A stretch of DNA of 64,000 nucleotides from Eledone cirrhosa (GCA_964016885.1 OZ024754.1:2976001-3040000); one strand, 5' to 3'; positions 13,256 to 27,534 are shown, numbered from the stretch's first letter. Numbers and translations: made by a program. Notes: generated by a model from the letters alone, not told the origin.

Positions 13256-14989
13256 GTTTGTGTGATCAGAAGTGTGTGTTAGGGTGTGGGAGGTGTATGG
13301 AAGGGGGTATAGTGGTTAAGAGGTGCCTACTAGATATATGCCTATATATATTTATGTATCTATATAATTATATAATGATAATGTATTCTTTTAATTTAAT
13401 GGAAATGTAATCGTGTGCATGTAAATTATGCATCTGTTGTGAGTTGTTGCATCTATTGTAAGATGTTGCATCTGTTGTGAGATGTTGCATAGTTTTGTTG
13501 AAAACTGAGTCATCTGATTTGTGTCACTTGTCTGTTGAAATCTGTAATCAGTTGAGAGGGGAACGATGTTGTTGTTGTTTATTATTTAATTTAAGAGGAA
13601 TCACATCAGTTATTGAAATAGCAGTGAATGGTTTGTATGAGAAATAGAAAGACTGACAGCCCAACAATTCATTAGAATATTTTCATTTTCTTCTTTTCTA
13701 AGGTCCTTATGTTTGTTTACTTGTTTCATTTTTATTTTCCATCTCCCCCTCCCCACCTCCTTGTCTATCATACCTCCCCCCTTTTCTTTCCATATTCCTC
13801 CTCCCTTCTTTACTTTCCATATACCTCTCCTTCCTCCTTTACATTCCATATACCCCTCCTTCCCTTTCTTCCCGATTCTCCCCTCCTTTCCATATCCTCC
13901 CCCCTTTCTTCCCATATTCCTCCTCCCTCCTTTACTTTCCTTCTGATGATGATGATATCTCTCCCCTTTCCTCCTAAATACATAAGAAGCTTCAGTAGTT
14001 AATTGCGAAATGAGAAACATCATCTGTTCCCTCTGGGCCCCTGAACAACACAGCCTACCTACCTACCTACACTGCTATCTCTTCTCTTGTCTCTGTCATC
14101 TTGTCAGTTAACCCAAGATTCTACTCTAATTAAACCCCCAACAAGACAACATTAATATATTATCTCTAGAATCTGTTTAACACCCTCGCCCCTCAAAACA
14201 AAAATCCTTCTCATGTTTTGTGGGGTTTTTTTTTTTACTATCTAATTGTAGTAGGTGTATGTGTTATCGTGCAAATTCCTTCTCCTTCTCTTTCTCCACC
14301 TATCCCCACCCTCTTCTTCACCTCAGAATGTAATCTTAGTGTGAAGAACTATTCAACTTACTTAAAGAATTACAAAAGATGACATTTGAAAGGTGAAAAT
14401 TCTTGTATGATATACTTATACTATAGAATTGTTCCTTAGTGATTTAGTAAATACCTTTTCTTTCTGTTAACCTTGACATTGAAGGAAGTGAAAATGGTGG
14501 GGAATTGGTTTCTTAGATTCTACAGAATTAGGAAACTAGTTTACTTGTTTGATTTCTCTTGTTCCTTGTTTCTTTAATTTGAACTGAGTGTATATATTTT
14601 AGAATAGGTACATATCCCTGCCTATTGTAAAAGGTGACAAAAAGGGGGTTGATAATACCTGGAAGGGCATTATGCCCTTTAAAGCAATGTGTCAAGCTAG
14701 AACAACCTAATGATTAAATCTTCATAGCCTTAAAACGCTTGTTGTGTGTTGTTGCTTATTTCATTGATTTAAATCTGTGTTAAATCTCCAGAGAACTTTC
14801 TCTACAATAAAGATGGAATTGATACGGGAAATTCCAGTAACGTGTTATATCATATTTGTTATTCAATGCCCAAGTTTAATATGTAATTATGTTAACACAT
14901 TAGTACAAATGGTTTGCTTTTTATGCCATAGTCAAACGAAGAAGGACAGTAGTGCCCAGTGGGGGCTTTTTTTTTTTTGTTTTTTAATT

Positions 14990-15351
14990 ATATATTTACT
15001 ATTGTATTTTCACAGTAAAGGCTTTCTCACATAATATTGAATCTACAAGATTAAGATGATGTTATTTATTTTGAGAACAATACCTTATAGTCAGTATGAG
15101 TGGCTGGTTTAAACAGAAAGAGGTGAGAGAATTCTGGCCAGATATGGCTGGTATACATGCTAAAGGGTTAAGGAATTTAGTAATATGACTGTGCTTGTAA
15201 CTAAGTTCATGTTTGCAGTACAACTTAACAAAGAGTTCTTGCATAAAATTATGGTGGGTGGTTTTTCAGATAAATATAAACACTTTAAAATAAACAGCTT
15301 TATATCATAGAACCAGGAAGGTTTCAGTAAGTTTGCAACCAAAAGGGTTAA
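14990..15351 (-). mobile_element. Partial MITE family A (to 15171) followed by a family B end (to 15351)
   Basis: ...catgctaaagggttaa at 15171 and ...aaccaaaagggttaa at 15351. Confidence 0.75.
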
Positions 15352-15842
15352 AGTAATATGATTTTTTTTATAATGAAACAAGGAAGTACATTACAAATGC
15401 AATATGAGGGATTTAGTGTGAACACATTGTAAAAGTAACTAGCTTCCTCCTCTGATATTTATTTTATTTTTATTTTGCTAGGATGGGGTGGGTTTACTTC
15501 AATGCTAAATTTTAAAATATGCGAAGAATTGTTTTTCTGTTTGATATGTAAAACCTCTGTGTGATATCTATAGCTTGGTGATGGAATCGGCATAAATTGT
15601 GCCTAATTAATTTCATGAGAGAGAAAGAGAGAGAAATAAAAGAAACTACTTTTTCTAAGTTCTATCTTGACTATTTGATATGTCTGATATTTTATAGGAT
15701 TTCAATTGAAATAAAAAGAAAAAAGGTTTCAGACTTGTTGAAGTAGACCGCTAAAATAAACAAACAGGAGAAGAGGGGTGGGTGGATAACTTTTGCTGCT
15801 CCATCTGTGTGTTAGTATATATACATACATACAAACACCGAT

Positions 15843-15879
<37 letters not shown>

Positions 15880-15955
15880 CAGAGTGTCCCAAAAATGTAT
15901 ACACACTTCAACAAGCATTCTAATCAGTATGTCTACATTTTTTGGGGACACTATA
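15880..15955. mobile_element. Ultra-short Tc1/mariner-type MITE in (TA)n
   Basis: cagagtgtcccaaaaatgtatac ... gtctacattttttggggacact inverted termini, TA flanks; second copy at 30280-30359 shares the internal acttcaaca(a)gcattctaatca. Confidence 0.7.
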
Positions 15956-15957
15956 TA

Positions 15958-16001
<44 letters not shown>

Positions 16002-16040
16002 ATTATCACCATTTAATGTCTATCTTCCACGCTAGCATGA

Positions 16041-16078
<38 letters not shown>

Positions 16079-16165
16079 TGATAGTTTTTAGGAAACCTTT
16101 ACAGATTGAAATTGTATTAATTAGATTGTTTTATCTGCATATATATATTGTTTTATCTCTCTCTA

Positions 16166-16207
<42 letters not shown>

Positions 16208-18355
16208 AATAATCTGTTATACTGATGTTGTACTGATTAGTCTATTGTAGCTTAAAACTATTGACTATCCAGATTATCTTGACTAACTATGGTAGATATT
16301 AACTCTTCCTCTGCTGAAATAACATTGATTTTATTCCTTTGTTTTGTCAGCATAACCTGACAGTTAAAATGATAGATTTCCCTACAGACTATACAGATAT
16401 AGAGCAGACCTGGGTCTTGTTTTGTACTTGATCTTAAAACTACCTGGTTATAGTGAATAAAATAGACCTCAGCCATAGAGCAGACCTGGGTCTTATTTTA
16501 TGGTATGGTCCCGTAATTCCTGATAGTCGCAGGGGTGTTGTATTGTACTTAACATTAAAACTACTTGGTTATAGTGAATGAAATAGAACTCAGTCGGTTT
16601 CAATGAAGAATTGCCTGTAAACTATAGGTAGGTCTTTGTAATATTTGGGAAATCTTAGTCATGTTACCAGGGCCTAAAATTTGACCACCTATATCCTTGA
16701 GGGACAAATACAAGGGAATAGGTTCTTGGAATGTTGTAATTTCTGTGTAAAGACTTTCTTTTATTAAATGAGGAGTTTTCTATCAGAGAATGAGGCGGTG
16801 AGGTCAGTATTGAGCGGGTTAAGACAAGTGTTATTTTTCTAACCTTACAAGTGAGTGTGTTTCTAGCTCTTTCTTTCATTCTCTTTGTCATTTGGTGAGT
16901 GTGTGTGAGCGTGCACGCGCATGTGTGAGTAGTGTGCGTGAGAGAGAGAGAGAGAGTAGTGTGTGTGTGTTGTTTCTGGATGCTTGAGAACAATCATATG
17001 CGCTTGGTGAAGTTGATATATCAAACAAAACATATGAGTTTTGTTGATTTTATGGCCCATGGGGGAACCAGTCTGATGGAAGAGTTTAGTCACTTACTTT
17101 TTATAGACAAATTGCAAGGACACCATATGTACTACTTCCATGTTGTCTTTTACTTGATATCCTACTAAATATATCTATTTTCTGACATAGCTTGGCTATG
17201 ACTATCTTAGAGAAAGCTGTGTTACTAGTGCTTCATATTCTGTTTTTGTCATATACAAAGCTTGAGATTTTTAACAAAATGAGATCATTTTAGAAGAGTT
17301 TTGACATGCCATTTCCCAGTGTTTTAAACACCATCTTTCCAGCTAAAATAGATCTTAACCTTGTGGCTTGTAGACCCCTTCACAAACCTCTCTATTTTTC
17401 TATTATCTGCCCTCTACCACCCCATCGATATCCATGGCTTTCATTTCTTCCTCCATCACCGTTAGCCATATCTTTCCTGGTCTTTCCCTTCCTCTACTTC
17501 CACATTCATTTCTATCACTCACCTCTCTGTCACTCTCATCCTTCTTCCACACATGACCCAACCATCTCTTTTCCATTTCCCTCCACAACATTTTTCTCTA
17601 GTTCTATTTCCCCTCATCTTCTGCAGTTCATCATCTCAGTCTTTCTCTGTGTTGTATGAGGAGGTCTAAGAGAGTTGGCCCCAAGAAGGCCATCTGGCCA
17701 TAAGACAATACCTCCCCCCAAATAAGTTATTGCCAAACTAAAGGCAATAGCTTATTGAAGTGAAGCTACAACTGAGAATTCAAAGTAGGGTTTTGTGTCA
17801 AGAACTTAATCTTTGACTCACTTCCATAAGACTTTTTCCTGATTATTGATGTTAAAATCATTGCCAACCTGTCTACCCCCCCCCCCCCCCCCCCCACACA
17901 CACACACTTCTCCCCTCCCACCTCTTCCTACCCCCTATCTCTTCACTCCCACCTCTTCCTAACCCCCCATATGTAGTAAATCCTCTCGTTCTATATCCAA
18001 GAAGCTATAATATTGTCTTTTAATGCAAAACTATGGAATATACTTTGATATATTACTTAATGGGATTTCTCTTGTTTTTTGTTCTCTGTGTATTATTGTT
18101 GCTGTTATTGTTACTATTGTAACTACTATTAGTACTATTGTTGTTGTTGTTTATTTGTAGTGTGTAGAGTCTCTCTGAAATGACTAAGGAGGGTATAAAC
18201 TTTATCCCAGCTTAATGGTTTTAACTTTTAATGTTGCTCTGATGTTAGCTCTTGTTTTTATCTCTTCTAATTCCTGACCCATTTCACAAATATAAATATA
18301 CATACATACATACATACATACATACATACATACATCATACATGCACATACATGCA

Positions 18356-18389
<34 letters not shown>

Positions 18390-18630
18390 ATGTGTATGTG
18401 ATTAAAATCCCAATTTGACATTATTGCTTTTGCACCTAACTTAGAAATCATTGTTGTTTTCTAAGTGACATATATCACTAAGTTTCTTATCTACTCTCTC
18501 TATCCCTCTCTCCCCTTCTACCTTCCACTCCCCCCTCTCTCTCTCCCCCTCTACCCCCTGTTCCTGTCTCTCTTAAGACATTTCCAATCACATTTTTCCT
18601 ACTTAGATGTACCAGTCATTAGGATAGAAG

Positions 18631-18668
<38 letters not shown>

Positions 18669-19689
18669 ATATATGTTTGTGCGTGTGTTATTTATTTTAC
18701 ATATTGTTATGTTATCATCTGATGAATCACTTAACCCTTACAATTCCGATAAGCCAGCTTTTGTATTGTCACTCGGTCGCTATCTGTCTCCAATCTCAAT
18801 ACTTCCATGTCCTGTTTAAAATGGAAACCACATTTTAAGACATGTCATCACCACCATCATCATCTACTGGTGATTCTTTGCTGGTTGAATAACATGGATT
18901 CATATCATGATCGATCTTTCTTGTGATCGGTGGTCAGCCATTAGAATGTCAGATAGAATGTTTTGCAGTATTCACTCCGATTCCCCCCTACACAAATCTT
19001 GCTCAGGTCATCTTAACCTTTCATCTTCTCGAGGTACATAAACAAATAGTACCAGTCTAGTTCTGCGGGGGTCGATTCTTCCTCTGTATTTGTCTCTCAC
19101 TGCCCCTTTCTCATTCTCCTTCCTTGGAAGAAATCTGCTACGTTCAGACCCGGAGAGGAGATGAGCAGCTCCATCTGGCTTAAAATGCCCTAGAAACACC
19201 ATATATCACTATGGTGCTCCTATGACTCTGCCAGAAGTTACGGGTTCATTAGTAAAGCTATTTTAACGAACCTTTGTGAGATATTTTCTTGTAAATCATG
19301 ACATGATGTTAAAAATTAATACTGAAAGTGTTGTAGTTTGCTTGAAGCATTGTGGAATAAGAAATACAAATTTAAATAAGATACTATAAACATTTGAATT
19401 AACAAAACCTTTGTTAGATAATTTCTGGTAAATCCTGACAGAATATGAAGAGTTAAAACAACACAGTAGAAGCTATCAATAGAGATCAGCAGATCAATGG
19501 AGGATATGTAGGTCATACATGCTATTATCAAGATGGCATGTCTTCTCAGTCATTACTCACTGACCTGGGGCTACTTAACAACAACAACACTAGTTAGCAA
19601 ATAACTGTTTATTATTGGGAGTGTTGGAAATGGTGTGTGTGCTCCTGGCCCATCTGGAGGTCAGTGGCTCTGCTTCAGTACTGACCCGT

Positions 19690-20175
19690 ATATGGGGACA
19701 TATCAAACCCTTCCTAGCCATGGAAAACGGACATTAAACGATGACCAGTAAGTGGGGACATATCAAACTCTTCCTATCATGAAAAACTGGCATTAAAGGG
19801 CGGTGGATTGCCAGTATGGGTAGAGAGTCAAACACCATGCTTTGCAACATAGAGTTGTGGCCCTTTACGTTTTGAGTTCAAATCCAGCTGAGGTTAACTT
19901 TGCCTTTCATCCTTATGTGATCGATAAAATAAGACACCAGTAATGCACTGGGATAATTAATTGCTGGCCTTGTGCTAAAAGTAGAAACATGATGACGAGT
20001 TTATGGGAACATATCCAGCCCTTCCTCATCGTAGAAAACAGGCCTTAAATGATACCAGTATGTTGGGACATATTCAGCCCTTCCTTGCATGGAAACAGGC
20101 CTTAAATGATACCAGTATGTTGGGACATATTCAGCCCTTCCTAGCATGGAAAACCGACATTAAACGGTGATATGA
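19690..20175 (+). repeat. Tandem ~50-60-bp repeats derived from the RTE/SINE tail, interrupted by a SINE (19798-19988)
   Basis: gggacatattcagcccttcctagcatggaaaa...cattaaa occurs 5 times; insert contains gagttcaaatcc...gcctttcatcc...gataaaataag. Confidence 0.75.
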
Positions 20176-21683
20176 TGATTATATTCTAAGTATATATTTT
20201 CCTTGATTTATATATATCTCTCTCTTTCTTTACCCTGGATACCATATACCTTTGACCCTGTAATGGGCTTTGTCCCTTCATCTCTACTGTAAATATTCCA
20301 GTTTTGCCTCTAATGGATATATTTCGTATAATTGTTCAATTTTTTTCTTATTTTCTCTATTTTCTCTTTACCTTGAAACACCCCAATAAAATAAATAGCT
20401 AATCCTAGAGCCTGTTAGATTCACTTCATTAATTTTCTACCTGGTCAGGGTTGTGCTCCCAACCCCTTCTCCAGCTTGAAGGGAGATAATGTGTTGGGGG
20501 GGGGGGGGGGTGTAGGTGTGTTATTATTTGAAAAGTGTGAAACAGTTTTTTCTTTCTTTCATTTTTTCTTTGCTGGCCGTGGCCTGGACTTTTCTGGATT
20601 AATTGTCTTTGTTGGGTGAAGAGGGCAGAGTAGGGAGCCCTCTACACTTGAGGAGGGCAGACAAGGGTTGTTGGTAGGTGTTGATAGAATGAATAGTGGG
20701 TTACTACAAGGAGTCCTACTACAGGTAATCTTGTTTGAGTTTCACACACACACACACATATATATGTGCATCATCATATAACAGCCATTTTTCTTAGCAG
20801 CAAGCACATACATAGATAGATATATACCTAGGTACATACATACATACATAATTTAATAACCTGCTTTAGACACACACATGTATGTATATGTATGTGTATA
20901 TATATATACACACATGCACATGCATACATGCACACACATACACTCACTCATATACATACATGCACATACACACTCACTCACACATATACATACATACATG
21001 CACATACACACATATATATACACACATGCACATACATACACGCATACACTCACTCATATATACATATATGCACATACACACTCACTCACACACATATACA
21101 TACATACATGCACATACACACATATACATGCAGTCATGTTCTCAGCAGTAGCAATATACACACACACACATGCACACATACACTCACACACACATACATG
21201 CACACGTGCACTCACACACATCTACATACATACATACATGCATACTCACTCACACACATATACATACAAGCGCACACACACATTCACAGACAGGCACACA
21301 TACATCCAATCATGTTCTCAGCAGTAGCAACACACACATACACACACACATATATATATATACATATTCACAAACACATATACATATACATACACAGACC
21401 TCATCAAATTCTCTTCAAAAGCTGTACTGGGCATCAACATGAAATTCAGACAGGTCAGTTAGTTGTCTATCACTCCTTTACCCAACAGCTTCCTCCCAAC
21501 TTCCTGATCCCACTGCAACCCCTACCAAACCCCGCTGCCACCCCTACCCAAACCCCGCTGCCACCCCCACCCTAACCCTACTTTACTTTCATCTTGTTCT
21601 TATTTAAACAGGCTTAGCAGATCCTCAGGTGGCTGGCTGTTGTCTTCCCTCTTTTTCTTTTCATTTCCATGGAAGGTTTACAT

Positions 21684-22022
21684 GTGGTGGTGGTGGTGGT
21701 GGTGGTGGTGGTGGTGATGGTGGTGGTGGTGGTGGTGGTGGTGGTGGTGGTCCTGGTGGTGGTGGTGGTGGTGGTGTTGGTGGTGATGGTGGTGGTGGTG
21801 GTGTTGGTGATACTGGTGGTGGTGGTGGTGGTGGTGGTGGTGGTGATACTGGTGGTGGTGTTGGTGTTGGACTGGTGGTGGTGGTGGTGTTGGTGATACT
21901 AGTGGTGGTGGTGATGGTGTTGGTGATACTGGAGGTGTTGGACTGGTGGTGTTGGTGGTGATTGTGGTGGTGTTGGTGTTGGTTGTGTTGGACTGATGGT
22001 GTTGGTGGTGGTAGTGTTGGTT
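21684..22022. repeat. (GGT)n trinucleotide array
   Basis: Direct reading; explains the poly-G/P/H/V ORFs. Confidence 0.95.
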
Positions 22023-22207
22023 CTTGGTACACATCTACCTCTCTCTCTCTCTCTTTCTCTCTCTTTTTAATTAAAAAGAAATTTCACACCTGATGTTCAA
22101 TCAAGTTTTGGTATGGCGGAATTTCTCAAAGCCTTACGAAAGGAAGAGAGAACGTTTTTAAAAAGAATAAAATAATACACACACATATATATACACACAC
22201 ACACACA

Positions 22208-22239
<32 letters not shown>

Positions 22240-22264
22240 CACACACACACATGCATACATATAT

Positions 22265-22305
<41 letters not shown>

Positions 22306-22619
22306 TATATGTATATATACACACATATATATGTATATATACACACATACTGGCAAATTGCACCCACTCCCACTCAAATAAAAATATCAGGAGGGGGGGA
22401 TTTATTTTTGTCTTTTTAGTGTAGTCTGCATCCTGTCACTTCTAGTTTTAGACAGTGTCCCTGCAACATATTGCTGGTTTAATTGGGTGTAGGGGCGTGT
22501 TGAGGGGGAGGGGGTCTCTTTTTGTGCTTTGCTTATCTCTGTATTTGTTCTGTTGATTGGGGTGGAGGGAGGGAGGGGTCTAAGCAAAGAATGAAAGAAA
22601 CTGTTGTATAGCTTTATGA

Positions 22620-22899
22620 TTAACCCCTTTGATAGAAACCTGATCAAAACTTCCTCTGGTTTTATGAAATAAAACCACCTCCTTTTAAACCGGCCCATAT
22701 CTTGCTAGAATTCTCTCACCTCTTTCTGTTCAAACCAGCTGTAACTAGCCACTCATACTAATGTTAAGGTATTGTTCTTAAAATAAATAACCTCAAAATC
22801 TCATAGATTCAATATTATGTGAAATAATTATGTGAGGTAAAGCCTTTACTGTGAAAATATAATAGTAAATATAGTGTAATGTAAATTCTAAAGGGTTAA
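22620..22899 (+). mobile_element. Chimeric TTAA MITE: family B left end joined to family A body and right end
   Basis: ttaacccctttgatagaaacc...aaaccacctcctttt (B) joins at tttaaa to ccggcccatatc...aaagggttaa (A). Confidence 0.7.
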
Positions 22900-23524
22900 T
22901 GGGTGGCAGCATTGGAGGAAAGAATGCTTTGCAGTATATGTTCACAGCTTTCTGTACTTTGAGTTCAAATCCCACAAAGGTCAACTTTGCATTTCATCCT
23001 TTCGTGGCAGCCTGGTACTGGTGTCTATACTTCCTCTCTCTTTCTCTCTCGGATGTGTTCAGACCTGCAGAGGGATGGGCTCCACCAGGTTTGGATGTCA
23101 GGGGCCTGTCGCTGCAAGTAAAAGAAGAAGGTCCACACTGACCAAGGTATTTCCGCAAGGCCTCCTCTTGAGGGAATTAAATTATACAATTGTTTGTGAT
23201 AAACAACGTCTATGACTGTTTCAACCTGTAATTATTAATAGGCATTTAACTGTCTTTTCGTTATAAAGATATCACTTTGGCCTCCCAACGGATCCATACA
23301 TAAATATAGAAATTAAAGTCTTCCAGATCTTATGTTAAGTTACTATCTTAGCAATGAAATAATTTATAATTTTAGTAAATCCTTCAAAATTCTTCATTAA
23401 TTAATCGAAATAATAGTAAATTCTTCATTAATTAATTGAAATAAGAGTCATGAAAGGATTAACAGAAGCAAACATTTCTTCCCAAGATTTTGTTGTTTTA
23501 ACTACTTGGAGAAACAGTTATGTC

Positions 23525-24370
23525 TGCTACTACTACCACCAGCATTACTACTATTACTACTACTACTATTACCACTGCTACTACTACCATCGCCAGTATT
23601 ATTACTACCTATCCACTACTACTACTACTATCAGCAGCATTACTATCACTACCACTACTTCCACACCACCACCACTACCATCACCGCCACTACTACTACC
23701 ACTATATTACTACCACCACCACCGCCACTACTACTACCAATATTTCCACGCCACCACCACCACCACTACTACTACCACTATTTCCACGCCACCACCACCA
23801 CTACTACTACCACCACTTCTACCACCAACACTATTTCCACACCACCACCACCGCCACTACTACTACCACTATTTCCACACCACCACCACTATATTACTAC
23901 CACTACCACCACCACCACTACTATTTCCACACCACCACCACTATATTACTACCACTACCACCACCACCACCACCACCACCACTACTACCACTATTTCCAC
24001 ACCACCACCACTATATTACTACCACTACCACCACCACCACCACTACTACCACTATTTCCACACCACCACCACTATATTACTACCACTACCACCACCACCA
24101 CCACCACTACTATTTCCACACCACCACCACTATATTACTACCACCACCACCACCACCACTACTACCACTATTTCCACACCACCACCACTATATTACTACC
24201 ACTACCACCACCACCACCACCACTATATTACTACCACTACCACCACCACCACCACCACTACTATTTCCACACCACCACCACTATATTACTACCACCACCA
24301 CCATCACCACTACTACCACTATTTCCACGCCACCGCCACCATATTACCACCACCACCACCACTACTACTG
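23525..24370. repeat. (CCA)/(CTA) array with higher-order unit ctatttccacaccaccaccactatattacta
   Basis: Direct reading; explains the three overlapping long ORFs at 23450-24536. Confidence 0.95.
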
Positions 24371-24608
24371 TATAGCTACTTCACAAGGTTATGATCTTTT
24401 GTTATTTTTAAATCATTTGTTCAATGAATGTTTAATTAAAAACAAAAGGAAAACAACAACAACAACAACAATGGTGATTTATGTGAGGAGGAGGAGGAGG
24501 GGATATAATGATGTGGTTGTTGTTGTTGTTATGTAAACACTATCAGTTTTACCTGAACAAACCCATAGCCAAGAGGAGGAAGCAGTTGAAAATAGGGATA
24601 GATAGATA

Positions 24609-24979
24609 TATTTCTTTATTAGCCACAAGGGCGCACAAGAAAAGGGGACAATACAAAGACATGCCGGGGATTTTACATACAGTCATGTAAAAAATATAAA
24701 AACAAACAATTACAACAATCGAAATCCCCAATAGGGGGGAGGCGCCACAAATGGGTTGTTTAATACCCCGTAGATAGAACAACCCTCAACTCCAGGAGCG
24801 TGTTGTTCAAGTGCCCCTTTCTTCCTTTTTCCCTCTTCCTCAACCTACAGGTTTATATACAGAGAAGGCCCAATCACTCGGGCCATTTTCGCTTCATTCA
24901 CCCACCTTTCAGTAAATTTACTGGGGTGCAGTGCCTCTCTCTCTCTACTCTGATGCTCCTTCTAAAGTGGTACTTAAAG
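24609..24979 (-). mobile_element. 5'-truncated L1/Tx1-type LINE 3' end with 16-bp target-site duplication
   Basis: Minus strand encodes YFKYHFRRSIRVERE/ALHPSKFTERWVNEAKMARVIGPSLYINL* (one frameshift in a GA run), then a 3'UTR ending aataaagaaa; tagggatagatagata duplicated at 24593-24608 and 24980-24995. Confidence 0.75.
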
Positions 24980-24995
24980 TAGGGATAGATAGATA

Positions 24996-26722
24996 GTTAC
25001 TCCATAGGTTGACAGACAGATAGGTAGATAGACAGATAGTCCATAGGTAGATAGATAGTCCATATATAGATAGATAGTCCATATATAGATAGATAATCCA
25101 TAGGTAGATAGATAGTCCATATATAGATAGATAGTCCATATATAGATAGATAGTCTATAGATAGATAGATAGTCCATAGGTAGATAGATAGTCCATATAT
25201 AGATAGATAGTCTATAGATAGATAGATAGTCCATAGGTAGATAGATAGTCCATATATAGATAGATAGTCCATATATAGATAGATAATCCATAGGTAGATA
25301 GATAGTCCATATATAGATAGATAGTCCATATATAGATAGATAGTCTATAGATAGATAGATAGTCCATAGGTAGATAGATAGTCCATATATAGATAGATAG
25401 TCTATAGATAGATAGATAGTCCATAGGTAGATAGATAGTCCATATATAGATAGATAGTCCATATATAGATAGATAATCCATAGGTAGATAGATAGTCCAT
25501 AGATAGATAGATAGTCCATAGGTAGATAGATAGTCCATATATAGATAGATAGTCCATATATAGATAGATAATCCATAGGTAGATAGATAGTCCATAGGTA
25601 GATAGATAGTCCATAGGTAGATAGATAGTCTATAGGTAGATAGATAGTCCATATATAGATAGATAGTCTATAGGTAGATAGATAATCCATATATAGATAG
25701 ATAATCCATATATAGATAGATAATCCATATATAGATAGATAATCCATATATAGATAGATAGTCTATAGGTAGATAGATAATCCATAGATAGATAGATAGT
25801 CTATAGGTAGATAGATAGTCCATAGGTAGATAGATAGTCCATAGGTAGATAGATAATCCATATATAGATAGATAATCCATAGGTAGATAGATAATCCATA
25901 GATAGATAGATAATCTATATATAGATAGATAATCCATAGGTAGATAGATAGATAATCCATAGGTAGATAGATAGATAATCCATAGGTAGATAGATAATCC
26001 ATAGGTAGATAGATAATCCATAGATAGATAGATAGTCCATATATAGATAGATAGTCCATAGGTAGATAGATAATCCATATATAGATAGATAATCCATAGG
26101 TAGATAGATAGATAGTCTATAGGTAGATAGATAATCCATATATAGATAGATAATCCATAGGTAGATAGATAATCCATAGATAGATAGATAATCTATATAT
26201 AGATAGATAGTCTATAGGTAGATAGATAATCCATAGGTAGATAGATAATCCATAGATAGATAGATAATCTATATATAGATAGATAATCCATAGGTAGATA
26301 GATAATCCATAGATAGATAGATAATCTATATATAGATAGATAGTCTATAGGTAGATAGATAATCCATAGGTAGATAGATAATCCATAGATAGATAGATAA
26401 TCTATATATAGATAGATAATCCATAGGTAGATAGATAGATAGTCTATAGGTAGATAGATAATCCATATATAGATAGATAGTCCATAGGTAGATAGATAAT
26501 CCATAGGTAGATAGATAATCCATAGATAGATAGATAATCCATAGGTAGATAGATAATCCATAGGTAGATAGATAATCCATAGGTAGATAGATAATCCATA
26601 GATAGATAGATAGTCCATAGGTAGATAGATAGTCTATAGGTAGATAGATAATCCATAGGTAGATAGATAATCCATAGGTAGATACCCCATAGACTGATAG
26701 ATAGGTAGATAGATACTCCATA
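24996..26722. repeat. 1.7-kb (GATA)-derived minisatellite, 19/23-bp units such as agatagatagtccataggt
   Basis: Direct periodicity; explains the MDYLSIYGL ORFs. Confidence 0.97.
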
Positions 26723-26899
26723 GATTTGGGGTTCCGTGAATAAAAAGTAGAGGAGTATATTTATATTACGACCATATAACAGTATGTATGAGACTTTGTG
26801 TATGTTATTGTAAAAGTCTGGTAGTTATCACTAATTATTGTACCTTTGTCCAGTAACTTGTATCTTTCTTTATCAGACAAGACCAGACATGTTTGAAAA

Positions 26900-26930
<31 letters not shown>

Positions 26931-27061
26931 GTATGTATGTATGTCTGTATGTATGGGGATTTCGTATTTCTAAAGAAATACGGTATGTTTATAAATAAAC
27001 ATTTAGAAAGCCGTAGCTATGCAAAAAACACGGGCGGTGTCCAGCAGAAGCAAGGGGGACA

Positions 27062-27105
27062 ATCGTCGATGCATTTCGAACTGAACTGATCCTCATCAGG
27101 ACAAT
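27062..27105 (-). ncRNA. Minimal type I hammerhead ribozyme motif in a pLTR-like insert (about 26955-27195)
   Basis: Minus strand: AUUGUC-CUGAUGA-GGA(ucaguucag)UUC-GAA-A(UGCA)U-C^GACGAU; 6-bp stem I, intact core, palindromic loop III, AUC cleavage triplet. Confidence 0.85.
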
Positions 27106-27351
27106 CCTTCCCACTCTTGCAACTGCTGGTCCTGAAAACAGGCGAGAATATATAGTTTTATCGTCTGTGTAAATGAGGTGATTAATCTCATTTGCACATG
27201 TATGTGTGTGTGTATGTACATATGTGTGTGTATGTATGTATATGTGTGTATATGTATGTGTGTGTGTGTGTGTAGTAAAATATCGTTGGATGTGAACAAG
27301 GAAAAGAGTGCTCAATAAGGTGTGGAAGCTGATATATATATATATATATAA

Positions 27352-27466
27352 ACATAGGTTACGCATGTTTGTGGAATACTCAGCCACACGTTAATTTCAC
27401 GAGCACGCTGTTCCATTGATCGGATCAACTGGGGCACTCGTCGTCGTCACCGACGGAGTACATTCC

Positions 27467-27467
<1 letters not shown>
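27352..27467 (+). mobile_element. SINE 3' fragment between (TA)n tracts
   Basis: gtggaatactcagccac...gatcggatcaactgg...cgtcgtcgtcaccgacggag; the gtggctgagcattccac motif recurs inverted at 36387. Confidence 0.55.

Positions 27468-27534
<67 letters not shown>

Noticed and set aside
21629-22034. Gly-rich, polyproline (formin/extensin-like) or poly-His ORFs
   Set aside because: Pure (GGT)n microsatellite
23450-24536. Long ORFs of 289-338 aa rich in His/Tyr/Thr/Pro
   Set aside because: All three frames are open only because of the (CCA/CTA)n repeat; no splice signals or domain
24945-26721. Repetitive MDYLSIYGL proteins
   Set aside because: Translations of the GATA-derived minisatellite
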